Positions 40,195-52,146 are shown, counted from the first letter of the stretch. The stretch: 64,000 bases of DNA from Octopus sinensis (GCF_006345805.1 NC_043001.1:127162001-127226000), one strand, 5' to 3'. Program-made: numbers and translations. Notes: generated by a model not told the origin, from the letters alone.

Positions 40195-41255
40195 TTGAAA
40201 GAGATCAAAAGTCTAACGACGTACTACACCGGAAGAAACAAAAATATGGCACAGTGGAAGTACGCTTTGCGAGTGAACAAGAGGCGATAAAACACACCAC
40301 TGTGCTTTGAGATCAACTGAGTGGGTACTACTTCCAACCTATTGTGGCAGACGTGTGGCCAGAGGTAGGATTGGCAGAGTGTCCCCAGAAATTGACGAGG
40401 CGTGGCTGGTGGCACGTGTCACTGGAAAATGTGGAAGAAAGATACACAGTGGTGAAGAGGAAGAGAAGACAAGAAAACGTGGACTCACCACCAAGAGTTC
40501 CATGAAGAAAAGAAAAGGAAGTGTAGAGGAGAGACAAGGGTTACCAAAAGGAGGAAAAGCGAACGAGCAGAAAATAAACTAGATGGCAAAATTAAGCGAG
40601 AAAGACAAAGACAGAAAACAGAGAGCAATACCAGCAATTAGCATGGAGGAGAAAGTAAAAGGACAGGAAAAAAGGAACATAGAAGAGAAATGACAACAAT
40701 ATTGAGCGAGAGACAAGCAGGGAAGGAAGAGATGGAAACACCAGCAACAGCAGAAGAGATTAGTGATGGAAATCAGAAAGTATCACTGAAGGAAAAACAA
40801 GAACTATGATACAGTACAGAAGAAAATGTAGAAACTGAAAAAACAATGTCATGAAAGTGAAAATTGTAATTAGGGTGAAGTTAGTGCCTAAACCGTGCAA
40901 TAAAGGTTTTAAAGTGGTCTCGCTTGTAAGAGAGAGAGATGAAAGGTTGAAGGAACTGCTCGGGGAAATGGTAGAGATATTACCATTACAATTTTGATTC
41001 AATGAGTTGCCACCGGTGGTGGCATTTGAGGACATAGTGGAATATCAAATATAAAGGAGAGGGAGATATTTAAAATTATAAAATAAGGATTTCTTTAAAA
41101 AATATGATGGAAGAAAAGAATAATGAACTGTGTGAGACATAAAATGGAACTGCCTGCTTCGGGTGGAGAGGTAAGCCATTGCATTGTATTGTTTTGTCTG
41201 TTTTTGCATTGTCCCATCTTTATAAGAGGCCGTGTGCCTAATAAAAGAAATTAGG
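40195..41255 (+). mobile_element. Degenerate Tx1-related ORF1 unit, possibly ORF1-only
   Basis: KYGTVEVRFASEQEA...PTYCGRRVARGRIGRVSPE and CGRKIH; weak tail-like aggccgtgtgcctaataaaagaaat at 41227-41251. Confidence 0.5.
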
Positions 41256-41380
41256 ACGTTGGTATTGCTTTGGCGGAGGTTTGCGCTCTCTGAGTGTTTT
41301 TGTCTTATTTTATCATAACGCAATAAATAGTTTTCATTTGAAAATTATTATTCCTTTCATCATTTTTCATAGGCACCCCT

Positions 41381-41419
<39 letters not shown>

Positions 41420-41647
41420 CATACACACACATATATATACATACATACATGTATACATGCATATATATATATACATATATACATACACATATATATATAT
41501 ACATATATATACATATATTTCTAAATTGAATTTTTCCCTGTAAGTTTGGAATAATATTCCCTCATATTATATTTTTTTTTTTAAGTTGAATAGCAAAATT
41601 GCTTGAATATCGCGCGTTGACAGTTTCATTCCAGATGATTGTAACAA

Positions 41648-43159
41648 CGATTTCTTTATTGCCCACAAGAGGCTAAACACAGACAAGCGTATAAGTGGGG
41701 GGAAAAAAGACAAACGAATGGGAAAATCTTTTTAAATAAATAATGAAATGGAACGAAGCCACTCGACCTCACTTCATTTACACTTTTTTTAAACAAAGTT
41801 ACAATTAAAATACAGCTTAACTCAGGTGACAACTTGATTGTGTCTGCTGTCACGCCTATGTCCAATATTTCTGTCCCAAACTTTTCCATTAGCTTCACCT
41901 TCTCTTCTTCATACGCCAGGACGTATCCTCTCCGTCCACGTCCACCGACACAGGTAGGATATTTGTGTTCTTTAAACTGTTCTTCAGTTTTTTGTGTAAC
42001 TTATTATAAATTAAACCAAAACACTTTTTTGGTGGGGGTTAGTTTTGGGTGCCTGTATGCTTGTGTCGGGGGAGCGTTGGTGACTTCAAGAGGAAGGTGT
42101 GACAGCATGGGATCGTGTGGGAGTAGGGTGGGGATTCGCATTTTTCCTCAGACTTTTACTTAGATTTTCTCCTTTTTTAGCTTGTGTTGTTCATTCTTGT
42201 TCTTCCTTCTGGGGCTCCTCCTTGCTTGTAGACAACTTCGCCGGAGGTGTGATTTTTCTTTTTGGTGCTTTGGTGCTTTGCACTGGGTGGCGGGCATAGT
42301 CTTAATGTGGCCTTTTCTCCCACATTAAATCCACCTGGGCATCCTTCCCTCCACCATGACTCTTAAAGGACTCCCCCATCCTTTCTAGATCTTCCGGGGC
42401 GGCCTGGACCACCATTTCCAGGCTCTACCCATACCAATTTTTTTGTCGTCACTCTTTTTGCCTAGAGAACCACAATCTGATCCTCCATACCAAGCAGGAT
42501 GGCGGCCACCTCAGGAGGGATCTTATCTACCCTTACCCGAGAAGCACGTCTTCCCAGGTAAATAGGTCGTAGGACCACTTCCATCTTGAGGGGAGTAACA
42601 GCATGCTGCCTAGCCACAGCCTCGGACACAAACCGCACCTCCAACGTTGAGAACTTTCTCCCTCTACTTAGGTATTCCACTTCTTTCCAAATGGGCTGCA
42701 GAGCCCTTTCCACTTCACCTCTTGTACCGACTTCTATCCGATTTTGTCTTACGTTATATGTTCTGTACAACACGGTTCTTTCGGCCTCCTTTTCAGTAGT
42801 TTCCCTGGGAAGGGATACCTTAACATGGTTCCCCTCTCTTTTCATCATTTCTTGCAATTTTTCAATTCATTCCAAACATACGGCTCACCGCCTCTGCGAA
42901 ATTCTTCTTTTCCATCTTTTTATCTATTTTATCTAGACATCTTATTAGCTTCTCCTCGGACGACGGCAAGTCTGAGTAGCTAATTCTCTCCATTTTAGTA
43001 CGCTTCACTCTTCAAACAAGGGGGACAGCGTTAACAAAACTGCCGTTAGGCAGCAAAAACAGGCGTCTTAAAACACAACAATCAACAGCAAATAGAACTC
43101 AATACACTTTGATTAACCTTTCGAACAACGTAGAAAATTCACGATTAAGTTGGTCACAA
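41648..43159 (-). mobile_element. ORF1-only Tx1-related element (half-LINE) with 13-bp TSD
   Basis: ATGATTGTAACAA at 41635-41647 and 43160-43172. Candidate ATG at 42993; ORF1 homology (ERTVLYRTY...GRKFSTLEVRF...YLGRRASRV, CGRKGHIK); tail tctgtgtttagcctcttgtgggcaataaagaaat; no EN/RT recognised. Confidence 0.75.
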
Positions 43160-43319
43160 ATGATTGTAACAAAGGTGAAAAAATATCAAAGTTAATTTAT
43201 TCATGCATTTGGGCAAGTCTATGTCTGTATTATCAGATAATTGCATAAAATGTTTTTAAAAAGTTCAGAAATCTGCATAAATCCGGTACAAATTCTTCAT
43301 GATTCAAAACATATATATA

Positions 43320-43500
43320 TACATCTAATATAGGATAAAACTTTTCGAAAAAAATTCTATTAATGGCCAGCATATTAAAAAATACCTCTAAAGGTTAAAT
43401 TTATAAACAACTTAATAAAATGTGGAAATTGACGATTTAAAGTCTGTTCTCAGCATATTGGCATAGAAATAATTTTTCTTTTGCCCTTGTTTATAAGTTA
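43320..43500. repeat. Foldback/MITE-like repeat, second copy at ~63527-63722
   Basis: taggataaaa...atggccagcatattaaaaaatac...ggttaaa is shared in inverted orientation; gcatattggcat...tttataagtt is shared in direct orientation. Confidence 0.55.
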
Positions 43501-43634
43501 TATATATATATATATAAAGGTTAAGCAACAATCTAAGGGATAGTAAATATCCAATATACTACTGAATGTATACCTCCGTATTTAAATATTTCCGGCTTCG
43601 CTTTGATCAACACGTATTTTTGTAAGCTTGAAAA

Positions 43635-43975
43635 ACTCTAATCGTTCCTGAGTGGAACACAACACGTTTAAAGAAATACCAATTATTGAAATATATTGAA
43701 CAGGAAAAATCCCTTGCGAATGCACGAAATGTAAACATTGTATCGTAAATTAGGCATTGCAAATAACAAACGTGGTTTTACGAAATTTCTAAATTAACTG
43801 CAATTTCGATCGAAAAATCTAACTCTGAATCGTCTTGAGTGAAATACAATACATTGAAAGAAACACCAATTGAAATATATTGATAAAAAAAAAAAAACCC
43901 TTTACAAATACACGAAATGTAAACATTGTATCATAAATTAAGCAGCACGTTGTATTATGAAAATTTGAAAAACAA
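43635..43975. repeat. Two-copy tandem duplication (~180-bp unit)
   Basis: ccaatt..gaaatatattga...cacgaaatgtaaacattgtatc..aaatta occurs twice. Confidence 0.7.
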
Positions 43976-44279
43976 ATTCCAAGTCTCCAACTGCCTTGGA
44001 AATATCTGTCTCTTAGAAAAAACTGGATAAATATCTTTGTGTGTTTTCTGTCATTTATTGAAAGCTATCATAAGACAAAAGTAGAAAGTTATAATTTACA
44101 TAAGGTCCTTTCTCAATGTTTTACTTTTGACTTACGAGATTATTGTAGATGTGTTTATATTTCATTATTCCTTATTTGGCAGCCTTTCCATAGTCACAGA
44201 TAGGTACTTAATTATTTATTTATATTCCTTATCCAAGTCGATTCTTTTCAGGAGTTTGCAAACCAGACGGCCTTCTCTT

Positions 44280-44397
44280 CTTTTCTTTGTTTCTCTCTTT
44301 CTCTCTCTATTTTCTCACTTCCCTCCATCACACCGTCTTTTTCGTTTGTCTCTGTCTCTCTCGATTTCTTCTCTCTAAATATATAGACACAGACACC

Positions 44398-44431
<34 letters not shown>

Positions 44432-45000
44432 TTCTTTCTTTCTTTCTCTCTCTATTTCTTTACTTCTCTTCACCACACCGTTTTTCTTTTCTCAGCCCTG
44501 AATCTCCCGAAATAATAGACACGCTCTTTCTCTCTTCCTCTCTCTATTTCTTCACTTCTCTCCATCACACCGTCTTGTTTCTCTCAGCCCCTCAATCTCG
44601 CAAAATATATAGACTCTCTTTCTCTCTTTCCCTCTCTCTCTCTCTCTCTACCTATTTCTTCGCTTCTCTCCATTACATCGTCTTTCGTCTATCAGCACCT
44701 CAATCTCTCTAAATATATAGACACTCTCTCTTTCTCTCCACTTCTCTCCATCACACCATCTTTCAGCCTTTCAATCTTTCTAAATATGTAGGCACACGCA
44801 CTACCTCTCTCTTTCTTTCTCTGTCTCTTCCTTCTCTCAGCCTCTTAATCTTTCTAAATATATAGACACACACGCTCTCCCCCTCTTTCTCTATCAATCT
44901 GTTCTTCTCTTCTCTCAACCTCACAAGCTCTCTAAATATAGAGGATCTTTCTCTCCCTCTGTCACTTTCTCTAGTTCTCCACGACTCTCCATCACACCGT
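44280..45000. repeat. CT-rich degenerate minisatellite (~7 units of 70-130 bp)
   Basis: Recurrent catcacaccgtc and ctaaatatatagacac motifs separated by (CT)n. Confidence 0.75.
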
Positions 45001-45059
45001 TAAAAAACAAATGTATATCCAGAAACTGGAAAAGCATGGAACTTACATGCTTTTGAGAG

Positions 45060-46095
45060 CCTAATATATTGCTGGAGGAGATAACCCAAACAATATCATA
45101 GCTGCGCTGAAGTGCAATGGCTACTCTAGAGCTTCAGCAAAAGAAATAGGAGTTTATACGCTCCTACACTCTCATAAGATCCCACATCAGCACCCTTGAT
45201 GCCATCTTTGGGGGACGGATGTACGCGAAAGATGTTCCCACCCAGTTGGTTGACACACAAGGAATCAGAGAAGAAGGTATAAGCGAGAAACCTGCCATGA
45301 AAGACAACCCGAGTGCAAGTGCCCCCGCTGCCATTAAAGTGAAAAACCGAGGAGGTGAAAGAGCCAAGAAAGGATAACAAAAAGAAGCAAAAAAGGAAAC
45401 AAAAGATGAAACAACCGAAGAAAGAAGCAAGTCTCACTGCCCATGAAACAAAAGGAGTAAAAAGAGACAGCACACACTATGTAAGTTCTATTTGAAAGGT
45501 GTCTGCTGGCATGGGGAGAGAGGTGCAGACTGTCGTTTAGGACACCAAAGTCCCTGCTACAGCAACATGAAATAGGGTAGAAATGACCGGCCAAACCGAA
45601 AGGATCACATACTACCTGATCACCGCCAATAAAAAAGGAAATACGCAGATGTAGTGTGCACTACAAACCAGTCCTATCAAAATGTATTTGAAAGGGCAGA
45701 CGCTGAACAACAATCTTTTTTTGTGCATGACACAAAAGATTGTATAGCAACTGACCTGGCTACATCAATCTCACACATGGGATTATCCCCATCACACAAG
45801 ACCACCTCAGCAAATGGACCACTGGCAACAACATGGACATCATATCGATGCTCTTATTGAACAACAGAGGACTGCTAACACTCAGTAACAGGACTAAAAT
45901 TCCTTTCTTAAGAGACCTTCTTAAATGCCATCAAGCTTTATACATAGCCCTTACGGAAACGCATCTAAAACTGGATAGAGCAAATGCAGAAATACACGTA
46001 CCAGAGTATATTATATTACGGACCGACAGAAAAGAAAGGAGTCAAGGTAGAGTTGCTGTGTACATCTGCGAGGACGCATACCTCACGTCCTTTGG
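45060..46095 (+). mobile_element. CR1/L2-group LINE fragment: ORF1 with CCCH finger + start of ORF2 endonuclease
   Basis: CKFYLKGVCWHGERGADCRLGH at 45480-45545; LLNNRGL...IALTETHL...LRTDR...GRVAVYI. Confidence 0.7.
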
Positions 46096-46232
46096 CACCT
46101 CGGCATCCGAAACTCGAAGTTTTATCATGGCTACCGAATAATTGTCACATATTATATTTACAGATAAATTCCTCTATTTACATAATATCGAGGTCTCTTT
46201 CTTTCTTTTGCTGTCTTACCATTTTTATCAAT
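46096..46232 (+). mobile_element. 3' half of the same Penelope-like repeat
   Basis: cacctcggcatccgaaactcgaagttttatcatggctaccg...ttaccatttttatcaat. Confidence 0.65.
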
Positions 46233-46240
46233 ATATATAT

Positions 46241-46284
<44 letters not shown>

Positions 46285-46450
46285 ATATACATACATATCT
46301 ATACATATAATGGACATATATAAATATATATGCATATATACATATATATATACATACATATATATATACATATACACACATATATATATAAATATATATA
46401 TATAGATAAATATATATGTATATACATATACATACACATATATACGTATA

Positions 46451-46493
<43 letters not shown>

Positions 46494-46520
46494 ACATATA
46501 TATATACGTATATATATGTA

Positions 46521-46551
<31 letters not shown>

Positions 46552-46600
46552 GTACATATATATATATATATGTATATATATATATGTATATAAATATATA

Positions 46601-46667
<67 letters not shown>

Positions 46668-47493
46668 CATAAATATATATGTGACAAAGTTGAATTATAT
46701 TTCATCCTTTACTTTGAAGTTTTTCAAAGGGGGATTTCTAACAAATATTCTTCATATTTTGCTGGTAGCTTACTGGCGTAAGATTTTTGCAAATATAAAA
46801 ATATTAGATGTATATGGTGTGTCATGAGAATTCATGGAAAGGTATCCCATAAAAACTCAACAAGTATGTTAAAAATGGAGAAGAGATTTTAAAATTTGAA
46901 AGACTTTTAATACATACATACGATCTTTTCGAACAGTGATATTAAAATACATGGTAGAATAATCAGTATACCCTATAAAATATTTTTCGTTTATAAGATT
47001 TTTATATCTGAATTATTTTCGTATATTTCAGTATACTTATGTGCACCCACTACTCCATAAATAAATAAATAAATATTTTTTTCTTATATTCACAATAGAC
47101 AATAACCTTATAGTAGTTAAACACTCATTGCTTATACTTCCCTCTCACTTTATGCCAAGCTAGATTCTTTGGCCCTTTCCCACTCTATCTTTGCAACGGT
47201 ATAAGTATACACACATTTTTATTTATATACAAACATAGTCAACCTACTCAATATCGATAATTATAATTTTAAAAAATCTTACTACTTTCCCAGCTTTATC
47301 TCTCCTACATTGTTAATTTTCAGTCCTACAATATCTATTATACCTCTGTCTCAGCCTCAGCAAGTATTTACTATCTTAATTCTTTAATATTAACAACTAA
47401 TTTTCCTATTTTTATTTAGGAGAGAAGGAGAGGAATTAATGAAAGAGAGAGGGCGGAAAAGGAAAGAGTGAGATTTCAAGTATAGCAGCTTAC

Positions 47494-47636
47494 CTGATGC
47501 CGTAGAACAGTTCGAATGGTGCCTTTGAAGAGGAATATAACGAAGTTGTAAAACCAATTATAAGTGTCGAGGTCAAAAGCAATATCACAACTGCAATGTG
47601 TTGCTTTCACATCAGGAGCTCCGTGTGGTGTTTTTG
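47494..47636 (-). CDS. LBP/BPI: LBP/BPI exon c (143 nt, phase 1/0): KTPHGAPDVKATHCSCDIAFDLDTYNWFYNFVIFLFKGTIRTVLRHQ
   Basis: Acceptor (ct)n-ttag, donor gtaagc. Contains the conserved first Cys and a WxYNxF helix start. Confidence 0.9.
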
Positions 47637-47744
47637 CTAAGAGAGAGAGAGAGAGAGCAAAAGTTATGTTTTATCGAAATTACTGCAATAGAGAGGAAAA
47701 ACAACAGCATTAATACCAGGCGGTGACAGGAGCAAAAATAATCA

Positions 47745-49220
47745 TGAAAAGTTGCCGAGTCTGCAGTGCGGTACCATGAGAAGAGATCCATGCTATACAA
47801 CAGCGTCTTGGGAAACTGGACTGACGGACCGTTTAAATGACTCGGAGTTTGGTTAGATCCAGATCCTGGTAGGCAAAAGCAGGAAAGAGGTGACGAGCAA
47901 GATGATTTGTCTGACTCGGAAATAGACCAAGAGCAAACTATCTCTGAAAGGTCGGGTGAGGGTTAAGAATAACTGTCGCATCTTTCATCTGACCGTCGAG
48001 CCTCACCCTGTTTCATGGCTAGCCAAAATAGAACGCTTGTTCCTCTGCGTCCTGTGAAGGGAATGTGTTCCGCTGCTGAGGAAGGCCATTTGACGTCAAC
48101 ATCCGTTCCATGAAAAAACTTGGCGTGACGTGGCTAATGAAACGCAGATATGCGCTGCGATTATGACATCAACATTTTCTTTACAAGATGCACTTTTCTG
48201 CTGCTTTTTGATTGAGCTGCAGTCTCGGTTCAAGTCTAGACCGAGGCAGGGCGCGTGGCACATAGAATGTCCTTAGGCGCTCACAGACCTCTACCAATCT
48301 GTCAGAGTGGTCTGTTGGTGTTTCATCATGATGGTCTATAGAGGATTAGTGGGGTTTAAGAGCAGCAAAGTATCAGGGGAAACTCTGAGCACCGATGAAA
48401 ATCAACTAACCGGTCTGTTTCGGAGGACTTTGCACCAAGCCCAATGAATAATTTCCAGAAATGAAATTCTCTGACTTAGCAGAGCTACCGGGGAAGTGGG
48501 AATAACATTTCGGGTTCAGAGGAAACTTTACAAGCGTTATAGTGCCTGTCCAAGATGCGCACAAAGCGACTAAACCGTCTTGCACGCGCTCGTAGCGTCC
48601 GTATGTTGCTGACTTGTGGTGTTATGTTGAACTGCTGATATCACATGTAGGAAAGATCTGGCTATCGGCTGACATCGCTGTACAGATCACCCCGTCACCT
48701 TCCTTTGGCCGAGAAGAGCAGGCAGTTTTCTACTGTCAGATGGCTATGGCGAAGTAGGATAGTATGATGTGTGGTGGCCACGACTGGAATGACTGAAGGC
48801 AGACACTTTCCTTTACGGTCAAGTCCTCATCAACGTTTTCAAGTTTCACTTGGAAAGGAAAGTGAGGTTGGAGAGAGAGGTTCTGCCCCCCACCACTGAA
48901 TTTGTAAAAAGGTTGGGTGAATGTAGAGATAATGACCCGAGTAAGTGGTCCTGCCTTAAGCTTGCACTTGTAAGCTAAAAGTACAGGGGAAAGAGAAACG
49001 CTTGATGTAGTATCATCCCTGGCTAAAAGGGTAACTTGGGACCTATGGGATTGTCTTTCACCTCTGGGTGGTGTTTCTCCCCTTAATGGGGAATGTTGCT
49101 GTAATAAGCCTTTTGTTAATTGTTGTTTTATTGTTTACGCGTGTTTTAGTAAATTCTCACTGTCCTTTGTGTTTGTATTGTGCTAAAAGTTTTTGCAGTC
49201 CTTGTGGCCAACAAAGAAAA
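47745..49220 (+). mobile_element. Old divergent 5'-truncated Tx1-like LINE (ORF2 C-terminus + 3' UTR)
   Basis: Remnants of WTDGP..GVW, CPRCAQSD..LHAL and LINVFKFHLERKVR; 3' end gcagtccttgtggccaacaaag resembles the Tx1 tail. Confidence 0.75.
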
Positions 49221-49337
49221 GATTAATATTTTTTGGTATCTCGTTGTTGTTGTTGTTGTTATCGTTGTCGTCGTCGTTGTTGTTGTCGTCGTTGTTGTTG
49301 TCGTCGTTATCGTTGTCGTCGTCATTGTTGCGGTTGT

Positions 49338-49560
49338 GGTTGTTTAGCCCTAGGTCAACGTTGAACAGACCTACGCTCACAGCATTCTAACCATCACCAC
49401 CCCCGCCCCTATCGGAAAAGGGACGGAGGTTTTCTTTTTCGAAAGGGAAACACAGTGCGATGTGCACTCTACCTTTTTTTTAATAAGACAGTATAGGTTG
49501 AAATTTAAGAGACATTAGACTGCTATTTCTAGCAAGTTGAGCGAACACGTACAGCCACTC
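49338..49560 (+). repeat. Unclassified interspersed repeat family
   Basis: gttgtttagccctaggtc...ctgctatttctagcaagttgagcgaacacgt; related copies on the minus strand at ~690-1010 and ~27340-27690. Confidence 0.55.
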
Positions 49561-50291
49561 CATCATCATTGGCAGTCTATCTTGTCAAATCTCATGATGA
49601 CCCCTAGCGACTTGTGATTCAGATGTCGAATTTAGAATTATCTAAATAAATATTTAACGAAACAGCTAGAAATATAACAAAGAAAAAATTGTGCAAATAA
49701 AAGATAAAAAATACAGAACGATAAATTAAAAAAAAAAATTAAAAAACAAAATCAAAAAAATATGAAGATAAGGATAGAAAGAATAAGAAATTTTACTAAA
49801 GAAACAAAAAGAATATTTCTCAAGGCGACATGGAAATTCGAAAGAGCGACAGAATTAAGGCTTATCTTCGACTAAACGAATAAAATTGTCTATATACATT
49901 AAAAACATTTTTGTTTTTAGCTTTTTGGGGTTTTTTTGTTTTTGTTTTTACGTTGTTTGAATATGTAAGATGATGAATCACTCTATCACTAGTCCGATTT
50001 GATCGCAGATGACAAAGAGGATGAAACACCTACACACACATATCCCTGAATCTATTTACGTGTGTGTGTGTGTGTGTGTGTGTGTTTGTGTGATACTTTT
50101 ACAAGAAGAGTGGTCACCATAAGGAGGAAGTATGGAATAATTTTTCAGTTTACAGTTAAACTGTTTTTATTATAACTCGATATAAAAGCAATGATATATA
50201 TATATATGAGTTTTTAGTGAGGAATTATCAATCCGGGCAAAATATTTCACAAAGAGAAAATATGTAATGACCATTATTTATGCCTTGTCTC

Positions 50292-50324
<33 letters not shown>

Positions 50325-50400
50325 ATATCGCCATGTTGATTCGCTAGCTTCTGCACGCATTTTTTCTCTCTTGTTTTCTCTCCGTGTTCTTTTCTGTGTA

Positions 50401-50438
50401 TCTTTCTGTTGAAGAGCGTAGGCTCGAAACGTAAAAGA
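50401..50438 (+). ncRNA. Candidate minimal hammerhead variant within a second Penelope-like repeat (~50330-50545)
   Basis: tcttt-CTGTTGA-A-gagc(gtag)gctc-GAAA-CG-TA-aaaga; A6U core change and an extra A. Confidence 0.4.
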
Positions 50439-51082
50439 CTTGTTTTATTTATATTCCTGAGCGCCATACTAATACAATTGTTTGTTTGTATTCCACCTGC
50501 CTTCGTCTTTTGTTTATTTTCATAAAGCTTCCCGTTATATATATATATACATAGTTTCAGAGTTGTCTTGTCCGAGGAACGGACAACATATTGAAGAAAA
50601 TCCGGAGGTAACAGGCCATTGAATTGACCTAAATAAAACATTCTACCCTACATTCGTATTGACTTCTTCACACGCTCCTGACTATCAACGGATATAGGTA
50701 CTGGTATACAAACATAGATACACACGCACACACATACAAACATAGAAACGCACACACGCACACACACACAACAGCTGTTTCGACAAATGTGTGGACCATG
50801 ATAAAAAAAACGCCTTGAACGTCAATTCGGTAGGATTCGAAATCATTACACCACTTCATTCTATCTCAGTCGTTATAAAAACCGTAACAGTAACACTGAC
50901 ACCACCACCTAACCAGCAACTCAACAGGCACACAACCTCCAACATGAAGCCGCTGATATACCAAGAACAATAAAAATAACATTGATCCTGGTACTACCGA
51001 AACATCGCAAATAGCAACAGCTTTGAGTCTACAACTTCCGGTTACAACAAGCCACATGTCACAGATCTATCTAGCACCCTAT

Positions 51083-51298
51083 TTCTTTATTACTAAACAC
51101 AGAAGGGACAAACAAGGACAGGCATAGGTATTAAGTCGATTACATCCACCCCAGTGCGTAACTGGTGCTTAATTTATCGACCCCGAAAGGATGAAAGGCA
51201 AAGTCGACCTCGGCGGAATTTGAACTCAGAACGTAACGGCAGACGAAATACCGCTAAGCATTTCGCCCGGCGTGCTAACGTTTTTGCCAACTCGCCGC
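51083..51298 (-). mobile_element. SINE family C
   Basis: 16-bp TSD ctatcta(g/a)caccctat. Confidence 0.85.
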
Positions 51299-51442
51299 CT
51301 ATCTAACACCCTATCAACCGAAAAGATACATTTACTAAATCTTTGCCCAAAATTCACTTTAGGTCAGTGATTTAAGGACAAACTAAAGCTTGATATAGAA
51401 ACTAATTTCTGCAGAAAGGTTTACCAACGAAAATGAATCTTA

Positions 51443-51824
51443 GCAGGAGTGGCTGTGTGGTAAATAGCTTGTTTACCAACCACATGGTACCGGTTTAGTC
51501 CACTGTGTGGCACCTTGGGCGTCTTCTACTATAGTCTCGGGCCGACCAAAGCCGTGTGAGTGGATTTGGTAGACGGAATCTAAAAGAAGCCCGTCGTATA
51601 TATATATATATGTATATATATATATAAACAGGGTGTCCCAGAAGTTGCGCACCACCCTGATACACCCTAATTGATTTCAAAAACACGTTATTGAAATTAA
51701 TCGTAACAAATGCTCAAATTGAGCATCCTCTACAATAAAACATGCCGAAAAAATATAATAAAATAAAATGCTTTAAGTATTTAAAATGAAAACCAGAATG
51801 GTGTGCGACATCTGGGACACTCTG

Positions 51825-51856
<32 letters not shown>

Positions 51857-52146
51857 TGTATGTATTATGTATGTATGTATGTATGTATGTATGCATGCAT
51901 GCATGTATGTATGTATGTATGTATGTATGTATGTATGTATGTATGTATGTATTTGTGTGGCTGTGTTCGTCTCACCACCATCGCTTGGCAACCGATGTTG
52001 GTGTGTTTACGTCCCCGTAACTTAGTTCGGCAAAAGAGACCGATAGAATAAGTACTAAGCTTAGAAAGTCCTGGGGTTGATTTATTCGACTAAACACGGT
52101 GCTCCAGCTTGGTCGTAGTCAAATTACTGAAACAAGTAAAAGAGTA
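51443..52146 (+). mobile_element. SINE family B interrupted by a MITE and (TATG)n
   Basis: Head 51443-51600, tail 51950-52146. Confidence 0.8.
51629..51824. mobile_element. Tc1/mariner MITE, 196 bp, nested in a SINE
   Basis: TIRs cagggtgtcccagaagttgcgcacca / tggtgtgcgacatctgggacactctg (22/26 match); sits in the TA-rich linker of a SINE-B copy. Confidence 0.8.

Noticed and set aside
44280-45000. CRISPR-like repeat/spacer pattern
   Set aside because: Units are degenerate, 'spacers' are (CT)n, the context is eukaryotic and there are no cas genes.
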